NCBI GenBank assembly: GCA_036172245.1
Contig: JAYWIR010000014.1
Location: forward strand, 4,340,001 to 4,404,000
DNA: 64,000 bases
Source: Raillietiella orientalis
Taxonomy: Eukaryota
Direction: 5' to 3'
Of the stretch, positions 39,301 to 49,881 are shown piece after piece. The position numbers were made by a program, and so were the translations under genes. The notes under the pieces are model-generated. The model made no database searches. It had not been told where the DNA came from and saw only the letters and a program-made list of their open reading frames with translations. The number at the start of each line of letters is the position of its first letter. The stretch's first letter is position 1.

Positions 39301-42000
39301 AATTAAAACAGTTTTAATCGGGAAAAAATCAACTTTCTATTTCAAAAACGCTTTCCTAAGAATAAAATGAAGAATCCACGCTTTTTCATGAGGTTGTTTG
39401 ATGAAACAGCCTCATACTATAGGTGAAATTCTGCACAAGGATTCAAGTGTTCTTGTGAATAACAGGTTAAGTGTTTTATTTACGTGTGCTCGAGTTGTTA
39501 ATGCTGCAACCAATAATAATTTGTGATTAAGAACTACAGTAAAATGACTGAATACTAACTGACATATTAAGTGAAACTAAATACACCATGTAATATTTGC
39601 AAATGAATAAATACTGACATCTGATTTATGGCTGATTAAAGGGAAACAATATCTGAAATGATCTTCACATTATTACAAACCATGCATAGAAAACCATTTT
39701 TTATATATATGTCCTATCAGAAAGAATAAACACCTTACCTGACTGTAAACATTCAGAACAACAGTCCAGCACGATGAATGGGAAACAAATTGCCGCAGTA
39801 TTCCACTAGAATCCATACAGCAGGGAGAATTTTCATCAGTAAAGCCTGCCCAAGATATAGTGGATAAATGAGAAAGTGGAAGGGCTGATGACTGCAATTT
39901 TTGGGAGACACTTTGTCTGCTAATCTCCCACAACGTCCATCCTAAACACTGGTCTCCTGGTAAAGGTGCTCCTGCATGATGGACACATAAAAGCTGAGTG
40001 CCAGATCCAGCAAGGCACACTATTGGGCCCGGAATGGAGAGTACATGCCACTGAATGCCAGTCAAAGAAAACAATCGTAAAAATCTATAGTTGGTAGCAG
40101 CTGCAATCCATGCATCACCAATTGCAACAGCTTCTACTTCTTCCTTTGGTGGCAGATCCAATATCCATTCTTTCTGGCCATCCCAGGCAGCAAAATAATG
40201 GCAGCATAGCTTGCTACATGCCATTCTCAAAGCAACTCATCATTTTGAGATGAACCTGGGCACATCATCCTGAGAAGGGCACGCCAAAACAACAGCTTGC
40301 TTGCTTAGTGAAGCTATATGGTATCCAAAGACATTAGTCAAGTGCATAGTATGGTGGATAGCTGTATCATTGAATTCAACTTCGATAATATCTTCATGTT
40401 CTGATCTATGACCACACACCATGCCCACAGAATTCCACACCTAGAAGGTATGCTAAAAATTGTACAATGAATAGCTTCCCGCTATACTTACCAAAAAACG
40501 ATGAGGAAAATGTTTGGGAGTGGATCCTGGTTGAAAAGCTGCTTGAAATTTATACTGAAGAAGAGGAGATTCCTGCTTTGCATGATGGTGAATCAGAGAA
40601 TCCTCGGCATCATCTGACACACTAGACAGGAGATCTACTGAAGCGATATACGTAATTAAAACATACTTCATTCACCTGTATCAGTCACATGCATTATTTT
40701 TCCAGTAAATCGATCTTCTCCTTCTTCTGTTACCTCAAAACCAGCTTCTGTTTTGATTTTCCGAATGGAAATAACATTGTCTTCCTCGTCTGATAGCAAC
40801 GTTTCACTTGTGTTCTGTAGCATAGCAATTAAAAATGGCTTTTCATTGAAGTTTCAACATACTTGAATATCCCACAAGACATTCAACTGGCCCTGAGAAT
40901 CACAATATGCCAATTCTCCTTCGGTTCCTGGATTCCAAGCAAGAGAACACACAGGGAGGTTGTGAGCAGTCTGATATTTGCCCAAAAGCACTGATGTTAA
41001 TGAACGAAACACAAAAATTTTCCCATCAGAACAGCTGCAGGCCAGCAAATTTCCAAATGATGAAAAACAAACAATTGAAGTTTCCTACATGTATATTATA
41101 ATATGAACCCACATCACAAATGGTCTTACAGCAGTTATGCATGAATTTTTCAAACAGAATGCTTCCTTCCATGATCTTCTCTCAAAGAACTTAATTTCTT
41201 TTTGAACAGGAATAACTAAAAATCTACCATCATTTGGATACCAGCAAATTCTGCACAAAGTAGGAGATCGACTAACATCATTACTTTTGGGAACAACATT
41301 CCAGCTGGACAAGCACTTGAGAGTACTTAGGCACCAAACCCGTACTGTGCCATCACAGCTAGAACTTGCCTGAAGTAGAAAATAGGCAAACCCAACACCG
41401 TCATCTTACCAAATATTGTTGTTTAGGATCAAGCGCAACGCTGAGGATAGGACCCTGATGATCTTTAATGACCCTGTCACTATATTCATGTATTCTGCAG
41501 ATACGTATAGTCATATCACTAATCATGGGTTATCTTTGATGAGAACATTATCTACATTACCAGGATCCTGCAACCAGCACTGTTCCATCATCATTGATAT
41601 CCAAATGAGTGACTGATGCTGTAAATCGGGTAATTATCCCATCTTCACAGAAATTTGGGAAAGTGTATGCTTGTACAGCAAATGAACCATTATGAACAAA
41701 CACCCTTTCATTCTTTTAAGTAAAACACACATGAATTCCACATAACCCACTGAAATTCCAACCTTAAATATAATCGAGGTAACAGTATCTCCTAATCTAA
41801 AAGATCTGGGATCTGGGTCCATCACACCATTTTTCCATTGCCTCACTTCGCCATCTTCTCCACAGGTGAAAATATAACTGAAAATGTCTTACCAATTGTA
41901 ACATCAGTGGCATGAAGGCTCACCCTCCATCATCAGAATAACAAAAATCCGTATAACCCTCACAGTGGGCATATCGAATTCCTTTGGATTTCATCTCCAT
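36342..42000 (-). CDS. WDHD1: WD repeat and HMG-box DNA-binding protein 1 (AND-1/Ctf4), 15 exons, ~956 aa
   Basis: Exons (high to low) 42000-41924, 41877-41763, 41712-41561, 41518-41410, 41369-41130, 41084-40863, 40814-40676, 40637-40492, 40440-40256, 40213-39739, 37586-37452, 37411-37253, 37199-36735, 36682-36506, 36416-36342 join in frame (2871 nt). Motifs: RYAH.EG.TD, VQAYTFP...DGI.TRFT, ASSSCDG.VRVW, FQPGSTP..F.HRFLVWNSVG (SepB domain), LAIKYA, NPFKK, KTGFQ.W...NR (HMG box). The last exon is the least certain. Confidence 0.95.
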
Positions 42001-42379
42001 TTTAAAATAAATAATCGAGTAACAAAATCTGCAATTAGAATTGTTTGTGACTACTTTATGATTTGAGGAAAAATACTAAGAAAACCAATATTACGAATCA
42101 TAAACATTCCCTTAAAAAACAAATCTTGGGGCTTAAAATCCATTAAGGAATGTGGAAAACCCATTTCAAATTTTGGTCCTTTGAAGTAACCTTCGATATT
42201 TGAAGAATTTTAGTAAAGGATGTGCGTGCAAACGTAAATGTTTGTTACACACCATATCCCTAGTAATATTTACTGCAATTCCTGAGCTCACTTCAAATCA
42301 TACCTCATAAATCGAACCTTAGTATTCCTAAATCTTACTTTTCATTAGGTGACTAAGGCCGCTTTTACGATTGAATCAG

Positions 42380-42391
42380 TTTGCCGCCAAA
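42380..42391. promoter_or_regulatory. Quasi-palindromic E2F-like site upstream of WDHD1
   Basis: TTTGCCGCCAAA reads TTTGCCGC on + (fits TTTSSCGC) and TTTGGCGG on -. It lies ~380 nt upstream of the ATG of a DNA-replication gene, in a locally CpG-containing stretch. Confidence 0.45.
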
Positions 42392-43412
42392 TTTGCCCCT
42401 GTCCCTAGCACAAAAAAAATCGACTAATAAAAATGGGAATTACAAAAGACAAAATACGAAAACTATCTTTTAATACACATTGTTTAGACAGTATGCAATG
42501 TACCTTAAAACAGGATAAATTGTGACAGCAACTAGTAGTTTGGGTAATCACAGTAAAGTGGTGAAAGAGTGTTCGAGGGCATTTTCTTTCCACGTGCGAG
42601 ACATTCAAAGTTGCTATGTAAGTGGATTATAAAAGGCTATTTCTTATTTGAGATCGTTCTAATGATTTAACTGAAAAGGATTCATTTTACAGACAGTGCA
42701 TGAATTCTCACAAGGAAGAAAACGCAAAATATTCCATTAGATTTTTTTCCAACAAAATACACTATTCAACGGCCCCCAAATTTATTTATTTTTATCAAAC
42801 AGATTTAAGACCGATATTTTTATGTTTTGCCTTTTAATTTTTCAGCGTTACTGTTAGCACATTTCTTTTATGCTTTCAAGTCTATCGGCACCAGCTGACT
42901 AGCTGGGATATTATCAGATCTAGAATATCAAATTGGCTGAAGACATGTGCCTTGGAAACCGAGAATACTCCATTTCTGGAGGTGTGATAGTTTCCTTCCA
43001 ATAAATCTCTGTGGTTTTTCCAGGATCTTAAAGTATTTTCAAATTGTTCCGAGGTGACAATGTACTCAGGCCGATTTGCTCCACAGTACAGTCAAATAGT
43101 CTCATAACAAATGTTTATCCTTCACTTCACCAATCTCACTTCGTGCTCTTTCTTCACTGATACCGACCTTTATAATACATGGGATAAGTATTGCAGTTTG
43201 ACATTCCCCAAGAAATAGAAACATAACTTGGACAGTGTTTACTTTTTTCCATCAAGATATGTTCTTGACGAGAAGTAACGAGAACAGCTTTTTTCATCAC
43301 AGAGCGTGTGACTTGGAAATCCTTGGGTTCTTCTTGTTCTTCTGACTTCGCTGTTTTTCTTTCAGCTTTTTTTTTTTTAAGAGTTTTCTTTTTTTTGGTT
43401 CGCTAAGTACCT

Positions 43413-44295
43413 CAGAGCCGGTCGCGTGCCTCGCGGCGCACGTGGCTCTTTTAAACACACTGTTTCGTTTCCACGCCCCTCCGCCCGCGGCAACCCGCAG
43501 GGGGGCGTGTAATTCTTCAGTGTGATTCTCCAGGATAGGGGGCACCCCGGGATGGGGGTTCGCCCTATGAATCCAGGAAGGGCTCGGAGTCCGTTCCCCT
43601 CACGCTTGGGGAGGGATCCTCCCCGGACGGGGGGATCGCACCTCCCACCCTGTTTGTCTCCGAAGGGGAACCCTGAAGGGAATCTCCTTCCTCATTCTCT
43701 CCGGAGGGACACCCCCTGGAAGGGGGGTGGTCCTCTCCATTTTTTCCTCTCCGGAGGGAACCCGAAAGGGAACCGCTCCTGTTCACTCCTCTGAAGAGAA
43801 CCCCGAAGGGATGCATCCGAAATTCAGAAGGGGCGCTGAAGCTTCCCACAGGGGGATCGCTTCCTTGCACTCTTCTGGAGAGGCGGCGACTTGGAGGGTC
43901 TCCCCCGCAACAGGGGGGTCTGCTCCTTTGAACAACTGGAGAGGTGCCCGTGAGGGCTCCTGCTCCATCTTGAAACCGGAGGCGGTTCCCCGGTGACGGG
44001 GGTCCTCTCTCCGTTGCACGACCGGAGGGGGAACTCCCCACTCCTTGATTCCTGGAAGGACCCGAAGGTCGACTCCCATTGTTCCGGCCTTCATGGGGGG
44101 CTTCCGGCTTAAACCACCGCCGGGGCCACGCCAGAATGTCTCGGTCAACCAGCGCCATCTTGCAGGAGAAACTCGGAACCTAAACGACGCAGTGGCATCA
44201 GTTATCTGCCGCAGTATTCGAACCCGCGACGCGTGGTGCCACACGCGAAAGCCTTAACCACAAGGCCTCTGACGCGGGCCATAATAGCTCTAGGC
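43413..44295. mobile_element. Isolated GC-rich insertion, probable transposon fragment, with degenerate internal 40-50 bp tandem repeats
   Basis: Abrupt GC/CpG-rich island inside AT-rich DNA. ctcc/tgAAG/GGAACCC.gaaggg-type units start near 43658, 43699, 43749 and 43789. A T-rich tract lies on the left side (43366-43396). Family not recognised. Confidence 0.4.
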
Positions 44296-45538
44296 CGTTT
44301 CTGTAGATCGAAGAAAACGATTTCATATTTTGGTTTTGATTTCGGAATGATGTTTTTTTCACAGCCTATGATATGTGTACAGCATCACACACATCAATCA
44401 TGAAAGCACGATATTGTTCAGTGATCTGTTTTTCTTTTTTTCCTTCCCACTGTGCAGTCTTCCGGATCTGGACATCGGTGGTGTTCCTAGAAGAAATTTT
44501 CAAAAACAATTTTCATGAACTCAGGCATAATTTCGTATCAGCTGTAGCATTGCCTTGTTTTTTCTAAATGACACTTACTTTTGTTGACGGCACTAATAAC
44601 ATCTGTGACCCTTTTGTACAATCGAAGAATTCAGATTCGATTTGCATGCTGAAGTCTGTTCTAAAGAGCTATTGCCCAAAGTTTCTGCACAAACCCTCAT
44701 TCTTTTCTTTGGCTGATACTAAATGCTTTCGTCTTCTGTTAATTTTCTTCTCCACTCTTTCCGCTGCATCCGGAGAACTCGCATAGACGGTTCCCAGTAT
44801 TTGCAATTTTTCTTCGACTAGTATTATATCTTTGTTTTGGCTTGCTGACAGCCAAGACCATATATCACTCGGCTTTCTTCACGTACTTTCTTACTTTTTT
44901 TCAACCATTCATAAGTATACGTCCTTGGAATTGGTATGTACTTAGACAAAAAGTATATGTACATTTATTTTTGATTTTCGAAGTGGTAAAAGAATTTCTT
45001 TATGCTGGGGTTGTAGAAAAGAATTGCAAGAACAATCGGAAAGCATTTGCCAAGAAAAATGCCTTCGACGAATGAGAAAACAAAGTTCATTGAGTCTTTG
45101 AAAAATAGGGTTCTCATTTCCTTTTATGAACTGCAAACTGCACCTTTTTATGAACTATACTACGCAGATCTCCATCCGAAATGCCTGTGTGCATTATCAG
45201 TGTATCGACACCAGTCCGAGTGTACACTCGAACTTTGAGTAAAACGAATTTTCAGGCAACGTAAATTGAGAAGATTCACTTTGTGGACCCAACACTTTGA
45301 GGCATGCGGATGAAAAGCATGCAAGTTCTCGACACGAAATTTTTAACCGAACACGACTTTTCCAGACGGGGGGGGAAAAAAAAAAAAAAAAAAAAAAAAA
45401 ACAGAAAACGAAATGAGCGTCAGCTTCTTTCATGCAAAAATGCCAACCTTTCACTCCTTCGTGTTCCCGAAAGCGCGTATTTGCATTACATAGGTCTGTA
45501 AATAAAGTAAAGCATACGTTTAAATGGGAAACGCGTTT

Positions 45539-45574
<36 letters not shown>

Positions 45575-46239
45575 AAACATGAACATTGCGAGCACATAAT
45601 TTGAAAATTCGAATTTGAATAGATATTTATAAGTTTTTGGCCGGTGTGGCCGACGGTTCACGATTTCTTCCGTGAAAGATCATTGAAAGTACAGAGTCAT
45701 CATGTATGTTTGCAAGTACGCTGTCTGGAATGGATTGCCATTTGTACATCTTTCAAGCAACTAAGAGTAGTTTGGGCAAAAAACTATGCTCGTTTAGGGA
45801 AGGAAAAAACCTCATTCTTTTCAACAGAAACAAATGCGTTTTTCTTTTTTCCCAGGTTTCCAAGGGCATCTCTATTTGATTACGAATCATTTCTCCGTGT
45901 ATGCACAATTGCATGGATGTGCGTGCACTCTATTTCTCTATTGTGAGAATGTGAAATTCCATTTTGTATCCGGCGTATCTACCAGGCGTATATTTAGCAC
46001 ATTCCATGCAGACGTGTGCGTATGAGACTATGTACACGCACTGTACATCATGTGGATATCAAGGCTTTCAAGCAAGCCAACGATCAATTAAGACTCAAAG
46101 AGAAGTTCAGTTGTTAGGAACAGCTTCTTGGGTGAGCGTCCCCTCCCCCCCCCCCGGAGGTCGGCGCGTGAGGCTGGAATGCTTCTGAGGAGCTCTGCTG
46201 CGAATCTTGTCTTTAAGGGACTCTCAGCACTTCGTCCAA

Positions 46240-47110
46240 CACTCAAATGCGGCATTCCGCCTGGGTCGAATTCACATTGCTGAATGATCCCTCTAGGTGT
46301 TGGGTTGCGGAACCTGAGCGATCTTTGATTTTCGCTGACGAGTCCCGCTCCAGCTTAGCGTAGCTGGTCAGTGCTCTATTGGAGAAGACCTTCTGCAATG
46401 GCGAGTTCCTCGCAGCAACGTGGCTCAAGGAGGAAGTCAGCAAACTGATCCAAAGGCTCTCTTTTTGTCGATTCCGAGGCGTGTCGTCACGAGGAAGGAG
46501 CCAATGGCAAGCAACTACAAGAAATTTGGCACCCCGTTCAAGAGATCAAATGCTGTACTGGTGAGTGCATCTTCCCTCTCATCACAGCAACAATCCTCCA
46601 CGTCTCTTGGGATGCTGGCCGGACGCTTCCGAGCGAGTATGTTCCGTATCCTCTTGTCTCTTGGCGTCAATCCTCTTTGGTCCCTGATCTGAGGCAACGG
46701 ACAGCACGATTCCATCTCGCTTGCTCTTGCTCTCCTGGGAGCGCCGCCCACTTTCTCATAAACAACGAAGTAATGAATAGAACTGAACTCTCTTTCGCGT
46801 GCTTTATGTTCAAGGGAAGAACCCTGTCGAACCCGCAGAGCTACTTCCCAGGTACTTCCAGGGGTACCTTGTCGTAGGTAGCCTGTCGTCATGTTACACT
46901 CTCAGCTCGGCGAGGGCTCCCTACGCCAAAGATCCACCTTAGGGTTCAATTTTTGTCTTTTTAACCCTTCGAGTGCTATGGATACGCATATTCGCACCCG
47001 GGGAAAACTCTCAGCCTACGAAAGCATATGTGGTTCGGCGAAAATTATCATCGTGGACTATGGATTCGCATACGCGTTTGGAAAATGGTCGTCCCTTATC
47101 CACGCGACAT
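46240..47110 (+). pseudogene. Possible decayed protein-kinase-like sequence
   Basis: KIIIVDYGFA, then a 1-nt frameshift at 47071, then TRLENGRPLST; this resembles a DFG motif plus activation-loop start. Upstream LLEKTFCNGEFL...KEEVSKLIQRL loosely resembles subdomains V-VIa. No clear HRD or APE motif. Confidence 0.25.
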
Positions 47111-48729
47111 AAGTCAGCACTATCAGTGTTTGAGATGGACACATACACTTACGTTCTTACCTTAGCAACCACGGTAAGCAAAGCTCCATTTATGCCAACT
47201 AATGATTCTCGGTATTTCGGAGGGTCACCTCTCTCAAAACCGAACGTAATGTTCCAGCTGTGTCGTAGATAATTTATTATATTGTACCACACTCAAAGTT
47301 ATTGCTTTTATTGGAATCATAATTATTTTTGAATCAATGATATGTGTTTGGGAGAAATGAAAATATTTTATTTAATGTGGTGTAATAAACAATTCTAAAC
47401 AATTCTAATTCTAAATAAACAATTCTTATGGTAACTTTAATCAGCACTTTATAAAGTACCCCGATAGAGTACGCGGTACGCGAAAAGCGTTCCATCCGTG
47501 CCGTCCGCGTGCCGTCAACACGGAACGTTTCAATCTGATGAGCAGCGCACCCAAACGGTTAAAAAAAAAAAAATTAAAGATAAAAACGCTCGAAGCTCTG
47601 AGAAATTTCCAGCGTGTACTTCCGATTTCAGGACAGAGGACGTCTTACTTTATTCAGCTTCCACTTCTTCCCTACATTCATCTACAGGATTTACCACTGT
47701 TCTCCCGTACTGACCAGGAATGCACGCTGCTGCCCCCATCCATCTCGTGAGACTTCTTGTTGTTCCTCTGTGTCGATCCGCCCTCATGGCAGGAAGCACT
47801 GGCTTACCGAAGCACTCTTCAGCATCTTCGTCTGGGGGTGTTTGTCTCTGCAAGTGGAAGACGTGTTTACATCGTCTCCGGATGAAGGTGTGGGTGGTAG
47901 CAACGTCCGGGTCGATCGACAGAAAAGGGAACGGACTTGAATCCAGCAGTAGCACCTTCACGGTGGCAAGGGAAGCGTACTCGGCATTGGAGGCAAAAGT
48001 GCCCGAAGCGTCCTGGTGGCCCAACGAGCGGACGCGCTCACAAGGAAGGAGATCGCCTCCAGCCTGCGCACCAGGCGACGTGGACGACCGTCCCCTCTTG
48101 CCAGACGCGCGCACATCGAGAGAGGGCCACGTCCTGCGATGCACGGCCCGGATCTTGGGGCAGTTTACGCTCAACGGAGAGCACCTCCGGCCCGCGGTGA
48201 TTGCGGATGCATCCATTCGGCGCGACTCGTATCGTGGATCGCCCACCACAGGCGGCGGCGGCCATCTCAAGTGCGGAGGGCGTGGAGCGTGGAGGCCAAT
48301 CGCTCGGTCGCAAACCTCAACGGATGCGCCAAGAAATCGGCCAGGTGCTGACCATGGAGAAGGATGGTCAGTGAGCCAGAAGCCGGTGGTCTGTAGCCAA
48401 CCTTTCCCAGGAGCGGGCGGACTCTGGATGTGGAGCTCCAGCAAAGAGGAAGGCAAAACGCTCGCGGCAGATACTCGGCGACGGTACGAGGAGAGGCAGG
48501 AAAGGAGGGCAGGCAGCGCGGCGGAAAAGGACTACCTGCTCTCTCCTTCACCCCCGAAGGGGATCCCACATCGACCGCAGGAGCAGCCGCCGCAGGGTCT
48601 CTGCGATGCGGCGCCCGACGAAGTCTGAAGGGAGCTGAAAATTCAGAGAAGCGGGCGGAGCTCATAGGAAAGGGAACGATCCAGCACCCCGCGGAACGCA
48701 CATCGACAGCAGCCCCCCGCAACGTCTTT

Positions 48730-48968
48730 AGCAGTCGCAGCCTCGTCACGAGGGTGAGTTAAAGAGGGCAGTCCGACAAGATGGTCCGACAATACCTTCT
48801 TGGGGACAGCAGCCGACCTGTTCGTGGTGGAGGCATCGGAAAAAACGTCGAGTTTTCTCTCCGGGCCAACTCCCGCGGAAGGAGGAAGCAGGCGGTAGAC
48901 TTGTCGGGATGACAGCAGTCGCAGCCTCGTCACGAGGGCGAGTTAAAGAGGGCAGGCCGAGAAGATGG
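48730..48968 (+). repeat. 55-bp direct repeat (48730-48784 and 48914-48968)
   Basis: agcagtcgcagcctcgtcacgaggg(t/c)gagttaaagagggcag(t/g)ccga(c/g)aagatgg occurs twice, period 184. Confidence 0.9.
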
Positions 48969-49040
48969 CCTAATCATCCACAGCAGAACCGTCGTGAACG
49001 CTTTTCGTTTCCGGTGCGATGAAAAGGCAGGTCTCTTGGT

Positions 49041-49881
49041 TTATCACCTGGTCAAGCCGGGACGTTTATTGTAAAAAATAAAAATACATGTGTGGGTCCA
49101 TCGGCCCTACACATGTATTGTCCGAAAACGTTCGGAACCTGCCGAGTGAGCGGCACGCAAACCGGTGAGGTTCGCCTCGGCAGCGGAGGGGCAAACAAGA
49201 ATAAAAATAAACGAAAATCAGTAATAATGAAAAACTCTGGGGGGCGCGGGAAGGGATTGCTGTCCTCTGAAGAGTGTCCTTTGCATCCTTTCCAGGAGGC
49301 TGGCAAGTTCCATCCGAGTATGCCCCAGGTGGGACCATCTTGCTGCCGTCCGCAGGAAGCGCAGGGCGAAGCAGAGGACGTCCCTATCGCGCCGTCGGCC
49401 TCTCGCGTAGCTCCAGGCCGCCGCAATCCCACGTAGGCAGAAACAAAGAGCTGCTAAGGATGCGGCAGGAGAAAGAGCATCGCGCACGAAGAGGCGCTTC
49501 GTCACGTCCCTGAGATTGTCCGTCGGTGCACCAAGGGCCGTTGCGCAACCGCAGGGTCGGAGGGCAACACAGTCTAAAAACAGGTTCGGGAGCTGGGATT
49601 CTCGTTCCCCGCACCTGCAGCGATTGGGGTCCTTATCCCCTCGGGTCCAGTGGGAGCGTGGAGCGTTGCACAGGAGGTCCCAGTGCAACAGCAGAAGTGC
49701 CGACTGTGCTGCTTCAGGGGAAGGGCCCGGTTAGCTCTGGGGGCCACTCGAGGTCTTGTGGGATTCCCAGCAGCTCACTTCAGAGCCATATAGTCCCTTC
49801 GGTTGAGCACTCGGGGTCTCAGCGTCCGTAAAATGGCCCATGGTCCAACCACCCATGGAGGGGCTTCTACCACAGCCAAAT
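49041..49881 (-). mobile_element. ~840-bp 3' end of an L1/Tx1-like LINE (left copy)
   Basis: Reverse complement of the right copy (position p pairs with 102484-p). Encodes LLHWDLLCNA...CRCGERESQLPNLFLDC..LRP and ends with AATAAA plus 24 nt. Confidence 0.75.

Noticed and set aside
47535..47600. Hammerhead ribozyme (ctgatgagc...gctcgaag)
   Set aside because: It has GAAG instead of GAAA, and no stem I/III or NUH cleavage site can be built.
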